Of a stretch of 64,000 nt of DNA, positions 39,401 through 50,485 are shown piece after piece. The position numbers and the translations under genes are program-made. Numbering within the stretch: position 1 is the stretch's first letter; each line of letters begins with the position of its first letter. Source of the stretch: Promethearchaeota archaeon (GTDB taxonomy: Archaea; Asgardarchaeota; Lokiarchaeia; Sigyniarchaeales; SOKP01); NCBI GenBank assembly GCA_048941285.1, contig JBHLNS010000001.1:132878-196877 (forward strand). The letters run 5' to 3'. Below the pieces are notes generated by a model that did not search any database, was not told the origin of the DNA, and saw only the letters and a program-made list of their open reading frames with translations.

Positions 39401-40406
39401 TTTTACTCCCTCCCTCAAAAATTTCTAATGATTTTTTAATAATTTCCTCTATTTCCCTTGAAACCTCTTCTTCTATCTTTTTAAGACGATCTGGGTCATT
39501 TTTTAATCTTTTTTGAATAATAACTAGTGGATCTACTTTTTTCTTTGTCTGACCACCAATTTTCCGAAAAAGCAGAAGAATCTCATCTAAACTTTCGCCT
39601 GGGTATTCTTTGAGAGATTCGGCAACTTCAGCTAATAGGGTTGGATTTCGCTGATATCTAAGTAGTGGATCTCCAAGAAAATGTCCTTCTGTGTGCACAC
39701 AATGAGCATGAATAAATTGAGGTTTATTATCACTACGGATTTTTGAGATAGCTTCATTTGCTGCTTTCCAAACAGCTTCTACATCCTTTCCATCAACTTC
39801 ATATCCTTCAATACCAAAACCCTTTGCTCTATCTATCAAACTCCCTCCTATAGTGTCATTTGTATCTGTACTAATAGCCCAATCATTATCTTTACACACA
39901 AAAAGGACAGGTAAATTCCAAACAGACGCTAAATTCATTGATTCAAGCATCATGCCTTGATTTATAGCTCCCTCTCCAAAGAATGCAACCGCAATATTTC
40001 TTGTCTTTTTATAATTTAAAGCTAGAGCAAATCCAGTAGCTGCTGGTCCTGATGACCCTACAATACCTGATGAGGCAATTAAATGTTCTTTCGAAAAAAG
40101 ATGCATATGACCTCCCTGTCCTGCACAGAGACCTTTAGAATGCCCTAGAAATTCTAATAATAATAAAATTGGATCTATTCCCCTCATTATAAATGGGGGT
40201 GTTCCACGATGATCAACTGCTATAGCGTCCCCCTTCTCTAATTGTGAAACCACACCTGCTATAATTGCTTCTTCTCCAGTCCCAAGGTGCATTTCACCCG
40301 AAATCAAACCTTTTTCCCATAAATCCTTTACGGCATTTTCAAAAAGGCGGCTATGCAACATAACCTTATAAAGTTGCCATATATTGACTTCAGTCATAAT
40401 TTTCAT
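39393..40406 (-). CDS. 2-oxoacid/acetoin dehydrogenase E1 alpha subunit (TPP-dependent)
   Basis: MHLGTGEEA, GQGGHMH, FFGEGA..QG..ESMN, VDGKDV. Confidence 0.92.
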   Translation of the reverse strand: MKIMTEVNIWQLYKVMLHSRLFENAVKDLWEKGLISGEMHLGTGEEAIIAGVVSQLEKGDAIAVDHRGTPPFIMRGIDPILLLLEFLGHSKGLCAGQGGHMHLFSKEHLIASSGIVGSSGPAATGFALALNYKKTRNIAVAFFGEGAINQGMMLESMNLASVWNLPVLFVCKDNDWAISTDTNDTIGGSLIDRAKGFGIEGYEVDGKDVEAVWKAANEAISKIRSDNKPQFIHAHCVHTEGHFLGDPLLRYQRNPTLLAEVAESLKEYPGESLDEILLLFRKIGGQTKKKVDPLVIIQKRLKNDPDRLKKIEEEVSREIEEIIKKSLEIFEGGSKNA

Positions 40407-40636
40407 ATTATTTATTTCCTTTCAATTTTTCAAATTGCTATTTTTAAATTTCAACTTTTCTAACTTTTTTATTTTATGCTTTATATTAATAAGATTCTAC
40501 GCTTAAATCGCTATTGAAACTGTTGTTACATTAGCTTATCCATTCATCTTAGATACTTTATTAAAAGAAAAATAAAATAAAGTAGAAATAGGTTAAAATA
40601 TAAATTTGTATGTATTTCTGATTTTTGAAAAAGAAT

Positions 40637-41479
40637 TTATCCTTTAGCATAAGTACCAATCGCGTATATTAAGCTCAAATTTTCAGAGAGTTCTTTTCCA
40701 CGAACCATCTTTATACTGGCGTTATTTTCCTCTTCTACTAAATTCATTGATTTAATTATTGTTTTAGGTAAATAGGTATGGTTTGCGATGATTACATGAT
40801 TGGACCCTATCATCACACTTTTCTTAATTATCTGTTGAGCGACAACCTGATTTGTTGCTATCAATGGTCCTAATCGATTTTTTGCTAATAAGCCATAGCC
40901 TTCATTCTCTACAGCCAGAATTTTAGCACCAAATTCAATTCTTAATTCTAAGTACCTTTTACGATCATAACCTATTGCTTTCTTATCAAGAGCCAATAAC
41001 CATTTCGGAAGATATTCCAAAACCTTAACCGAATTGCTATCAACTTGTAATTCACGTAATTGATTTGTTAATTGGTACATTATTCCATAAAATCTTTCTT
41101 GAAAATCAAATTTCTTATAAACTGGTCTTCCTAATTTGGAAGCATAAAGAAACATTGATTCACAATTCTTTTTATTAGCAATCTCCAATAAGTTTTTAAA
41201 AATAGCAGTTCCTATTCCCTTTCCTCTGTATTCTGGTAGTACAGCCATATAGCCAAAGCTTCCGACTTTCCCAAAAATAAAAACTCCACCAATACCAAAA
41301 ATCTTCTCATTTACTACACTTATAAGGAATTTTCCAATATTATGTTTTATTAAAGCTTTCCATATTCGGGCATGCTCATTAACATCATTTGGAACTACTC
41401 TCCCAAATGCAGAATAAAGAACATTTATACATCTAGAAATTTCATTATCATTGGGTTCTCTAATATTATATTTTAACAT
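40637..41479 (-). CDS. GNAT acetyltransferase
   Basis: MAVLPEYRGKGIG, YASKLGRPVYKK, LGPLIA. Confidence 0.88.
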   Translation of the reverse strand: MLKYNIREPNDNEISRCINVLYSAFGRVVPNDVNEHARIWKALIKHNIGKFLISVVNEKIFGIGGVFIFGKVGSFGYMAVLPEYRGKGIGTAIFKNLLEIANKKNCESMFLYASKLGRPVYKKFDFQERFYGIMYQLTNQLRELQVDSNSVKVLEYLPKWLLALDKKAIGYDRKRYLELRIEFGAKILAVENEGYGLLAKNRLGPLIATNQVVAQQIIKKSVMIGSNHVIIANHTYLPKTIIKSMNLVEEENNASIKMVRGKELSENLSLIYAIGTYAKG

Positions 41480-41604
41480 ATTTCTTTATTAAAACCATTT
41501 TCTTAAAAGAATAAAAATAAATAATTCGAGCTTTTATTAATATTTCAAAGATTTATTTATTTTCTATATTTCGCATTTTCTTTTATTCTTTTGAGGTTTT
41601 TAAA

Positions 41605-43275
41605 TTGAGTTTTGGCACTGATAAACTCGCGGAAAAGATAAAGACATTGGAGGAAGATGAAGCTGTTGAAATCCTTCTTTCAATATTAACATCTTCTAAC
41701 AACATAGAAGCTAAACTTAAAGCGATAGAATTATTAGATTTTTATAGGGATGATAAGAAAAAACGTTTTCAAGATATAAAAAATATTTTTTTAGACGATC
41801 AACATCCTCAACTAAGGCTTAAATTAATAGATGTGATAACAAGTTGGTATAATGTAGATGGAATTGACTTTTTAAAAGAACAATATAAAAATTGTAAAGA
41901 TGGATCGGTGAGAACAAAACTTATTGAGATTGTTGGCGAGTTAAAACTAAATAAATCAATCCCTTTTCTAATTGATGCATTAAATGATTCGAATATTGAA
42001 ACAAAAAAAAAGGCAATAGTCTTATTGGGAAAAACTGAATCTAATGAAGCCCTAAGGCCATTACTTAATATTTTTCATTTTAGAAATGCTGAAATTTATA
42101 ATTCTTTAATAGATACCATAGTAAAAATTGGTAACAAAGGAAATCTTCAAATTATTAATGATTTTATTAACACTGAAGATCTTTATATCAAAAGAGAAAT
42201 TCCAATAATCCTTGGGAAAATAAAAAAGAAAGAGAGTGAAAATGTTTTACTCAATTTGTTAAAAGATAAAGATTCAATAATAAGAAAAAATTCAGTGAAA
42301 GCACTTGATGGAATAATTGAATTAAGGAATGTTAAGTATATAATAGATCTACTATATGATCCAGATATAGAGGTAAGAAGAGAAGTTATTCGAGTATTGG
42401 GTAATGTTGGAAGTAAGAAAGCAATCAAACCATTAATAGAATTACTAAAAGAAAATGATGGTAAAATTAGAAATCTTGCTAAAAACGCTCTTTATAAAAT
42501 TCTTGAACCAACTAAATCATACGAGCTTATTTATGAGGTTGTAAAAGGGAGAAATGTTAATGCTAGAAGAGAAGCAATAAAGCTACTAGGATTATTAAAA
42601 GATGCTAATTCTATAAATTTATTAATATCCAATTTTAATAGCAAAATAGCAAGTTTACGAGGTTCAGCTTATCGTTCTCTATTAAAAATTTTAGATGACA
42701 AAATTGATAGTAGAATTATCAACGCTTTATCTGATAAGTCTTGGCAAATTAGAATGTTTTGTGCAAAAATTGTAGGTGAAATTACTGACCCGAATACTCT
42801 CAATAATTTATTTGCTTTAATCGAAGATGAAAATGGAAGCGTAAGGAATGCGACTGTAGACGCCCTAATTAAATTTGATAATAAAGAAGTAATTGATTTT
42901 GCGAATGGTTTGCTAAACAGTTCAAATTGGAAGATCCGTAGAGCTGCAGTAAACTTATTATTAAGAACTGAGAGTAAAGAATCATATAATTCTCTAATTT
43001 CTTGTTTAAATGATGAAGATGTGTATGTAAAAAGTTGGGCTGCTATGGCATTAGGTAAGCTTAAAGACGTTGATTCTATTGAACCATTTATTCAATTATT
43101 AAAAGAAAAAGATGACAAAATACGAATTTCTGCAATTAAAGCACTGGGGGAAATTGGAAATAAAGATGCAATTGAACCTTTAATTGAAATATTAGGAGAT
43201 GATAATTGGGATATACGGAAAGAAATAGAGAACTCTCTTAATCAGATTGATCCAAATTGGATGAGTTATTTATAA
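41605..43275 (+). CDS. HEAT-repeat protein
   Basis: Many L.D....VR..A..ALG.IG...A..PLI repeats. Confidence 0.9.
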   Translation: MSFGTDKLAEKIKTLEEDEAVEILLSILTSSNNIEAKLKAIELLDFYRDDKKKRFQDIKNIFLDDQHPQLRLKLIDVITSWYNVDGIDFLKEQYKNCKDGSVRTKLIEIVGELKLNKSIPFLIDALNDSNIETKKKAIVLLGKTESNEALRPLLNIFHFRNAEIYNSLIDTIVKIGNKGNLQIINDFINTEDLYIKREIPIILGKIKKKESENVLLNLLKDKDSIIRKNSVKALDGIIELRNVKYIIDLLYDPDIEVRREVIRVLGNVGSKKAIKPLIELLKENDGKIRNLAKNALYKILEPTKSYELIYEVVKGRNVNARREAIKLLGLLKDANSINLLISNFNSKIASLRGSAYRSLLKILDDKIDSRIINALSDKSWQIRMFCAKIVGEITDPNTLNNLFALIEDENGSVRNATVDALIKFDNKEVIDFANGLLNSSNWKIRRAAVNLLLRTESKESYNSLISCLNDEDVYVKSWAAMALGKLKDVDSIEPFIQLLKEKDDKIRISAIKALGEIGNKDAIEPLIEILGDDNWDIRKEIENSLNQIDPNWMSYL

Positions 43276-43325
43276 AAAGAGAAAATTATAATCACATTAA
43301 AAGTTCAAAATAAACTATACGTAAA

Positions 43326-43712
43326 TTAATACATTTTAATAATTTTTTGAATTACTCCGTCTAATTTGCTTAAAATGTAAGAGATATCGGAATCTCTATT
43401 AATTATTAATGTTAAAAATGTATTTTTATCACATTCAAAGATTATTATGGTTTTTTCTTCCAATTCCCCAATAATTTTATTAATTTCTTGATTACCTATA
43501 GCTTCTCCGATCCCTACTGCGCTTTCCAAAACAGAAGCACACATCGAAACAAAATTTGTAGTATCTAGATCATTTGCTAAATTATCTATTATATGATTTC
43601 CATCTCTATATGCAAAAATCACTCCTTCTAGATTTCCCTTATTTCTTAGTTCGCTAATAATTTGAGATAATTCACCAAGATCATGCATAGTAAAATGATT
43701 TTTATAATTCAT
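43326..43712 (-). CDS. Roadblock/LC7 domain protein
   Basis: GVIFAYRDG, SMCASVLESA; fold pattern and 128-aa size. Confidence 0.78.
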   Translation of the reverse strand: MNYKNHFTMHDLGELSQIISELRNKGNLEGVIFAYRDGNHIIDNLANDLDTTNFVSMCASVLESAVGIGEAIGNQEINKIIGELEEKTIIIFECDKNTFLTLIINRDSDISYILSKLDGVIQKIIKMY

Positions 43713-43772
43713 TAAATAATATATAATTCAGTTTCTAAAACTATATATAATCCATATATAATAAAATTATAT

Positions 43773-45191
43773 ATGGAAATCGCAAAATCCAAAACTAATA
43801 TAATAGAATTAATTCAAAATTCAAATAGCCAATTTATAGAGAATGAACTTCGTCCATTTTTAAAAATTCCAAGTAATACCCTAAATCTTGAAGGAATAGA
43901 AAAAGCAAAAAAATTTATAATCTCTTATATCTCTGAAATTTCTGAAGAAATAAAAGAATATAGGGGAATAATAAATCCATTGATCATTGCCAAAATAGAC
44001 GGAGAAATAAAGCAATCGCTCCTGATATATATGATGTATGACACTCAACCAGTTAATAAAGAAAACGAATGGATAAGTGACCCATATGGAGCAGAAATTG
44101 AGAAATTACCTCCACCTCTTAATAAACTAGGTAATTGCATTATAGCAAGAGGCGCCTATAATTCAAAAACACCCCTACTATGCTTTTTAAATCTTGTAAA
44201 AATCTTGAAAAGGAATAATAGCCTCCCTATTTCCCTAATACTTCTATTTGATGGTGAGGAGGAAAAAGGTTCACCTTCTCTTCTAAAATTTATTGAAGAA
44301 AGCACCCATAAAAATATGTTTCAGAATTGTACAGATGCTTATTATCCATCTACAAAACAAGATCTTAACGGAAAATTAGTTTTAAAATTAGGTTATAAAG
44401 GTATTTTATCATTGACAATTAGAATTTCATCAAAAAATAAAGAACCACATTCAGCTTTTAGTGGTATGATACCTAATCCCGCAACTGACCTAGTTTTTTT
44501 ACTTAATACAATTTATTCCAATAACCAATTTCAAATAGAGAGCTTGAAAAATCCATATGAACTGACTGATGATGAGATGTCTCTTAAAGATAACCTTATA
44601 ATAAAACTTGATGTTGAAAAATTTAAGAGTAAAGCAGGAATAAAACAAACTACCCAAGATGATCCCCAAAAAGCATTCTTTAATTATCTATTTAATCCTA
44701 CTTTCAATATTTCGACATTAAAGTCAGGATTTTTGGGAGAAGGAACAAAAAATTATGTAGCTAATGAAGCTGTGTGCAATTTAGATATTAGATTCGCTCA
44801 TAATGTAACAGCTAACAAGATTTTTAATGAAATTAAAGAAAAAGTAGATGCATTTTCCAAGACCACAAAATCTCAAATTAAAATAACTAAAAATATAGGA
44901 TATGAATCTTCTCGTGTGCGAAAAGATACTTTTTTAGTTAATAGTCTAAGAGAAAGTGCTAATGTTTTAGGAGTTTCAACAGAATTATGGCCATTAAGTG
45001 CTGCTGCTGCTCCTTTAAGTAAAATTCAGAAAGAATTAGGGCTAAATTTCATTACTGGAGGCTTAGGTATTGGAGGATTCGCACATTCTGCCAATGAATT
45101 TATTCAATATGATTCAATAATAAATGCAAGATTAGCTAATTATCATTTCCTAAAATTTTATTCAGAAAGGATAAAAAACATTATAAATTAA
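43773..45191 (+). CDS. M20/M25/M40-family metallopeptidase
   Basis: YDTQP, W.SDPY, ARGA, GEEEKGS, LGYKG, AHSANE. Confidence 0.88.
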   Translation: MEIAKSKTNIIELIQNSNSQFIENELRPFLKIPSNTLNLEGIEKAKKFIISYISEISEEIKEYRGIINPLIIAKIDGEIKQSLLIYMMYDTQPVNKENEWISDPYGAEIEKLPPPLNKLGNCIIARGAYNSKTPLLCFLNLVKILKRNNSLPISLILLFDGEEEKGSPSLLKFIEESTHKNMFQNCTDAYYPSTKQDLNGKLVLKLGYKGILSLTIRISSKNKEPHSAFSGMIPNPATDLVFLLNTIYSNNQFQIESLKNPYELTDDEMSLKDNLIIKLDVEKFKSKAGIKQTTQDDPQKAFFNYLFNPTFNISTLKSGFLGEGTKNYVANEAVCNLDIRFAHNVTANKIFNEIKEKVDAFSKTTKSQIKITKNIGYESSRVRKDTFLVNSLRESANVLGVSTELWPLSAAAAPLSKIQKELGLNFITGGLGIGGFAHSANEFIQYDSIINARLANYHFLKFYSERIKNIIN

Positions 45192-46342
45192 TCAAAAAGC
45201 CCTCCTAAACCCCTACTTTTTGCTTTAATAGCACTTTCGGGACATAATTCAGAACAACATAAGCATGAAATGCACTTTTTCCTTAAGAATATTGGATAAT
45301 TGCCTTCTATAAATTTAATAGCTTTTGCAGGACAAATTTGAGCACATTGTCCACACTGAACACATTTTTCTTTAACTAGATTAGGAATCTTTTTAATTAT
45401 TTTGTAAGCAAGATGTCCAGACATATAACTGATGAAACTCGTCATAGTGCTTCCTGGAACATTGAATTTAGGAGTTTGCTTTTTCGCTTCGTCAAGTGGC
45501 ATTCCTATAATCTCGATATTTTCTAGATTTCCTACCCCCAAGTTTCGCTCTATTGCATTTTTAACATGCGGTACATTTTTTGTCTTAACCTTTCCTATTT
45601 CAAGTGCTACAACATCTAAAGCTATTTCATCGGTTCCAACAAGAATTAAATCCCATTTATTCATTGATCCTCCTCCGGGACCAGCCATTCCTTCCATTAT
45701 CTCCTGTAAATCATATACAATTAGCCTATTTGGTTTATTATTTACAATCCATGAAAGATTATCGGCAAGTACTTCTCCAAATTGCTCAGCAGTTTTTCCT
45801 AGTAAATGATATTTTGCTTTTAGACCTCCCTGTATGATTCCCCAGTAGTTTTTGCATGCACCTGTCATTGTCGCCTCTATATGAGATTTTAAGCGAGGTA
45901 AATTGATCAATATATCACACTCTTTAACTGCTTTAGCAACACGAATTTCTTTTAACCGTAAAGCACCTTCGATCTTTTCAATTATTGGAACATCGCTTTC
46001 AAAATCAATAATTCTTATTCCATTTTTCTCACAAATTTCAAGTAATCCAATTTTTTCAGCCACATCAGTCGCAGTTTTTCCTTGCTGTCCAGGAGAATCT
46101 CCAATAAATACATTTTGCATAGTAACTCCCTTTTCTCTTAGATAAGATAGTACACCTTCTATAAAGCTAGGTTGAGTACATGCTTCTCTTTTAGAAGTAA
46201 GTAGATTTGGTTTCAAAAGAATGTTTTTAGCATTAGAAAACTCAAATGACAAATCATCTTCAATTAATTTAATCGCCTCTACTACAGCTTTTGGGATGGA
46301 TTCATAATCCTTTACATTTACAATACCGACTTTTGTAGACAT
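45188..46342 (-). CDS. DUF362 protein with C-terminal 2x[4Fe-4S] ferredoxin domain
   Basis: LLKPNL, INLPRLKSH, TGACKN, C..C..C...CP twice. Confidence 0.9.
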   Translation of the reverse strand: MSTKVGIVNVKDYESIPKAVVEAIKLIEDDLSFEFSNAKNILLKPNLLTSKREACTQPSFIEGVLSYLREKGVTMQNVFIGDSPGQQGKTATDVAEKIGLLEICEKNGIRIIDFESDVPIIEKIEGALRLKEIRVAKAVKECDILINLPRLKSHIEATMTGACKNYWGIIQGGLKAKYHLLGKTAEQFGEVLADNLSWIVNNKPNRLIVYDLQEIMEGMAGPGGGSMNKWDLILVGTDEIALDVVALEIGKVKTKNVPHVKNAIERNLGVGNLENIEIIGMPLDEAKKQTPKFNVPGSTMTSFISYMSGHLAYKIIKKIPNLVKEKCVQCGQCAQICPAKAIKFIEGNYPIFLRKKCISCLCCSELCPESAIKAKSRGLGGLFD

Positions 46343-46574
46343 ATTTTTGACGAATGAATTTTGTGTTGAATAAAATATTGCTTTTAATAAATAGTAATAA
46401 ATATTTTAAATTTGAGATTCTTAGGTATCTAAAAACATTTAATTTTAAAAATCTAATTTATTATATTTATTAAAAAAATTATATCAAATATTTTATATAA
46501 AAAATAATCTATTTAGTACTTGGATAACTTTTTTATGTATTTAAAAAGCTTAAACCAAAAATTATAAAGACGGA

Positions 46575-47117
46575 TTGGGGAAAATGTCTGACGCAATGTA
46601 TAAGATCGTATTTTTCGGAGACGGAGGAGTTGGAAAAACAACTCTAATTAACCGGTATTTAACGGGTGTTTTTAAAAGTGATTCGCTAATTACGATAGGA
46701 GTCGATTTCCACGTAAAGAAGGTTGATATTGATGGAAAACGAGTGAGTTTACAAATATGGGATTTCGCAGGTGAAGATAGGTTTAGATTCCTTATGCCTA
46801 GTTACGTTGTTGGTGCGTCGGGAGGAATCTTCATGTTTGATATAACGAGATATACCAGCCTAAAAAATTTTAATGATTGGATTGAGATTTTTAAACGGGG
46901 TTATAAGGGGGATATTCATCAAATACCTGTTTTAATGGTGGGTAGCAAACTTGATCTTGACTATAAAAGAGCAGTTTCTAGAGAAGAAGCATTAGAAATG
47001 GCTAAAAAAAATAATCTTTATGGATACCTTGAGTGCTCTGCAAAGAGTGGTGAAAATGTGGCAGATATATTCGAAGAAATAAGTCGATTGATGATGCTTA
47101 AATCGGGGCTCTTATAA
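46575..47117 (+). CDS. Rab-like small GTPase
   Basis: GDGGVGKT, TIGVDF, WDFAGE, SKLD, CSAKSGENV. The real start may be the ATG at 46584. Confidence 0.93.
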   Translation: MGKMSDAMYKIVFFGDGGVGKTTLINRYLTGVFKSDSLITIGVDFHVKKVDIDGKRVSLQIWDFAGEDRFRFLMPSYVVGASGGIFMFDITRYTSLKNFNDWIEIFKRGYKGDIHQIPVLMVGSKLDLDYKRAVSREEALEMAKKNNLYGYLECSAKSGENVADIFEEISRLMMLKSGLL

Positions 47118-47123
47118 TATTTT

Positions 47124-47987
47124 TTAAAAAGTCTTCTTAATAAAAATCTCATTTAAGCTCTTAATTATTATATCTGGAATTAAATTCTTATCAGATTTTA
47201 TTTGTCTTGTATTTAAATCTTCAATCATATCAAAAGTAGTAACTCCAGTTAAAACAGCAATTGTTTTTATTCCTGCTCTATTACCCGCTAAAATATCAGT
47301 ATTTAACCGATCTCCGAAAATACATGCATTTTTAGCTGAGATTTTTGTATCATTCAATATCAAATGAATACCAAATGATTCAGGTTTTCCAAAAATTCTT
47401 ACAGGCTCTGTATTTGTGCATATTTTTAAAGCATTTACCATTACACCTGCTCCAGGTTTAAGACCGTTAGCAACTGGTAGAGTTGAATCCGAATTTGTTG
47501 CATAAAATTGAGCCCCACCTTCTAATATACATTTTTGGGCCATCGCTAATTTTTGATAATTAAAATCTCTATCAAGTCCTACAATTACAAAATCGATTTC
47601 ACTATAGTTAGAAACTTCTTCTATTACAATATGCCCTTGAGCTCTTAGTTCTGATTTTAATCCAATTTCCCCAATCACAAATATCTTAGCAATTTTCTTT
47701 ATTTTTGATATTTCTGCAGAAGTAATTGAAGCACTTGTATAAAAATCAGATATTTCACACTCTATTTTAAATTTCTTTAATTTATCAACATATGCCTGTC
47801 GAGTTGCTGTGGAATTATTAGAATTATATATGATTTTGATCGAATGTTTCTTAAGCTCTTCAATTATATTATCAACATCTGGGATTAGTTCTTCACCACG
47901 ATATATTACTCCATCTAAATCAAAAATGGCCAACTTTAAGTCTTTCAGTTCATCAATTAGTGCTCGCATTTTTAAAATTAAAACCAT
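47124..47987 (-). CDS. HAD-IIA (NagD-like) phosphatase
   Basis: FDLDGVIYRG, SNNS, ATNSD, GKP, GDRLNTDI. Confidence 0.92.
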   Translation of the reverse strand: MVLILKMRALIDELKDLKLAIFDLDGVIYRGEELIPDVDNIIEELKKHSIKIIYNSNNSTATRQAYVDKLKKFKIECEISDFYTSASITSAEISKIKKIAKIFVIGEIGLKSELRAQGHIVIEEVSNYSEIDFVIVGLDRDFNYQKLAMAQKCILEGGAQFYATNSDSTLPVANGLKPGAGVMVNALKICTNTEPVRIFGKPESFGIHLILNDTKISAKNACIFGDRLNTDILAGNRAGIKTIAVLTGVTTFDMIEDLNTRQIKSDKNLIPDIIIKSLNEIFIKKTF

Positions 47988-49132
47988 CCTACTGGTAATC
48001 CTAATAAAAATATAAAAAGCTGTATGCCTATAGGAATGAAAATTGGATTTAAAATGTTGTCAGCCGTATATATTGGTAAATAATCAGTTAAAAAGAAAAT
48101 TATTGCTCCAATAATCGCATAAATTGGTCCTACAATTATTAATCCTACAAGATATGCAACAGTTGTTCCTGCAAGAAAGCCTTCTAATGACTTATATTCC
48201 CTACTTCTAACTCTAATCTTATGTTTTCCAAATCTTCGTCCAATAAGTGCCGCTGCAGCATCCGCTAGGCATGCTATAAGTACTCCTGAAAAAAAAGATA
48301 AAATATAGATTATTCCTGCCATATACAGCATATAAGAAAACACAAAACCAGTAATGATATAAATCTGTGGGCCTGTAGCATTTATTTCTTTATTTCTTAA
48401 CATTGATCTCGTCAAAAAATTAAAAATGGAATATTGTGGACCCCAAATAATTCTAATTAAATCTGAAATTATAGCAAACATTAAAGCCCCAATTAAAGCC
48501 ATCATTGTAAGATAAATTACAGCTTGAAAATCACCAATAACGAAGGGAAATAATTCGATTGGTCCCCAGATTAGTTCATACGCTGGTTGAATATTATGAA
48601 TTAACTCTATAACACCATCACTAATTATAAGGGTAACTGGATAAAGAAGAGAAAAAAACCCAAAATATGCTAAAACAAGAAGTAAACCCATTAAATGAAA
48701 ACTTTTTCTTATTACTTCCATTTTAAAAGTAATATTATCACTATATGGGTTTTCCTGAGTCATTCGCTCAACATATCTTCTCAAAACTGGTTTTTTTCCA
48801 CTCTCCAATTTTGGATCTGCACTTTCTAAAGCAATTTTATTAGTAACTCTCTTTATCATTTTGGAAAAAATTAGTGCAATAAGTAAATTCATTCCGATCC
48901 ACCATACCATAAACCCATTATATGGATAAACAAAAAATCTGAAGAATAAATTATACACTCCAAATATCAAGAAACAAAAGCCACATAAAATTGTTGAAAT
49001 TCCTCCATACTTATTATCTGCTTTAATTCCCTTTCTACCAATGCGGATCATAAAAACCATAAGAATAAAAAAGGAAATTGATAAAGTTATATTGTAAGCA
49101 ATATCAACAACTGTCCAATAGAACATGGTCAA
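47978..49132 (-). CDS. CTP-dependent polyprenol/diacylglycerol kinase (dolichol/phytol kinase family)
   Basis: RKSFH, DAAAALIGRRFG, KSLEG, DNI; many TM helices. Confidence 0.85.
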   Translation of the reverse strand: MTMFYWTVVDIAYNITLSISFFILMVFMIRIGRKGIKADNKYGGISTILCGFCFLIFGVYNLFFRFFVYPYNGFMVWWIGMNLLIALIFSKMIKRVTNKIALESADPKLESGKKPVLRRYVERMTQENPYSDNITFKMEVIRKSFHLMGLLLVLAYFGFFSLLYPVTLIISDGVIELIHNIQPAYELIWGPIELFPFVIGDFQAVIYLTMMALIGALMFAIISDLIRIIWGPQYSIFNFLTRSMLRNKEINATGPQIYIITGFVFSYMLYMAGIIYILSFFSGVLIACLADAAAALIGRRFGKHKIRVRSREYKSLEGFLAGTTVAYLVGLIIVGPIYAIIGAIIFFLTDYLPIYTADNILNPIFIPIGIQLFIFLLGLPVGWF

Positions 49133-49197
49133 TCTTGTAAAGAATTCTATTAATTATTGAAATAATTTATAATTAAATAATTAGTTTAGCTTTAATT

Positions 49198-50250
49198 ATG
49201 GATAATCCTAAAAGTATCTTTCTTAAAGCATTAAATAAAGAAAATATAGCTCAAATTCCATTATATTGCACAGGATACCCCGAATTAGAGTTTCTTGATA
49301 AATATATTGATCAATACGATATTAAAACTAATAATACAAACTTAATGTTAAAGAATAAGAATTTTGAGATAATTCAGTTAATGGGATTTGATGCTATCTC
49401 TTTATGGGATTTCCGACGGGGAGAGGGAGGTTATTTATTAGATGATAAGAGAACCGTGGATGGGTGGGGACGCATTTATCAAGGAGAATGGTATATGTGG
49501 GATGGTGTTTTTAAAAGTGAGAAAACTGTTCAGAATTGGGAGCATTTAAATCTTCCTTCGAAAAAAAACTTAAAATTGTTAAAAGATTTTTTACTTAAAT
49601 CAAAGAAAAATTTAGATTATGTAATTTCTTTACCTGGTTTATTCGAAAAAACTTGGCAATCAATGGGGCTTCAATATTTTGCTAAATGCTTGAAAAAAAA
49701 AAATTTTAGTCTGATTGAAAGAGTAATATCATTTTTCTCAAATTATGTAAAATCACTAATTAAAGTACTCCAAACTACAGGATCAGAAATATATCTAATA
49801 GCAGATGATTTAGGGTATAAGAATAGAACATTTATACCAAGAGAAATGTGGCGAAAACTATACTACAGCAAATATGAGGAAGTAATTGATCTAATTCATC
49901 AAAGAAAGCAACAAGTTATAGTCCATTCTGATGGATATATTTCTGAAATGATTGGAACTTTCATCGATTTAGGATTTGATGCGGTTCAAAGTTTGGAACC
50001 TAGTGCTGGAGTGGATATCTTTAGTCTTTTCAAGAAATATAAAAATCAGATCTGTTTCATTGGAAATCTAGATATGAGTCTCCTATCTTTTGGTACTCCA
50101 CAAGAAATTAGAGAATATACAACAAAATTAATTATAAAAGCTAAAGAGCATAACTGCTCATTAGTAGTATCACCCTCACAACAAATCAATATAAAATGCA
50201 AACCCATAAATATTAATGTAATGATAGAAACGACTAAAATATTTAAATAA
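49198..50250 (+). CDS. Uroporphyrinogen decarboxylase-like / cobamide methyltransferase family protein
   Basis: DGWG, ADDLG, HSDG, GNLD, GTPQEI. Confidence 0.82.
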   Translation: MDNPKSIFLKALNKENIAQIPLYCTGYPELEFLDKYIDQYDIKTNNTNLMLKNKNFEIIQLMGFDAISLWDFRRGEGGYLLDDKRTVDGWGRIYQGEWYMWDGVFKSEKTVQNWEHLNLPSKKNLKLLKDFLLKSKKNLDYVISLPGLFEKTWQSMGLQYFAKCLKKKNFSLIERVISFFSNYVKSLIKVLQTTGSEIYLIADDLGYKNRTFIPREMWRKLYYSKYEEVIDLIHQRKQQVIVHSDGYISEMIGTFIDLGFDAVQSLEPSAGVDIFSLFKKYKNQICFIGNLDMSLLSFGTPQEIREYTTKLIIKAKEHNCSLVVSPSQQINIKCKPININVMIETTKIFK

Positions 50251-50485
50251 TAATTTTGATAATTAGTACAAATATAAGTAAAATAAAAAAAATAACAGAG
50301 TTAAAGGCAAGTCTCTACAAAAATTTCCAAATTTAATTAATAAAGAAATAATAATATAATTTATTAGAGAATAAGAAATAAAAAAAAATAAATAAAATTA
50401 AAATAAGTAAATTATATCTAATATAATAAGGTTATAAATGAAATTATATTCTCAAAATAAATCCTAATTTAAAATTAAAAAAAAA

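Noticed and set aside
40509-40575. Short protein-like stretch (AIETVVTLAYPFILDTLLKEK*)
   Set aside because: No start codon and too short to assign; may be a remnant or chance.
50251-50485. Extremely AT-rich spacer as a repeat array or replication origin
   Set aside because: No regular repeats, no ORB-like boxes and no adjacent cdc6 gene.
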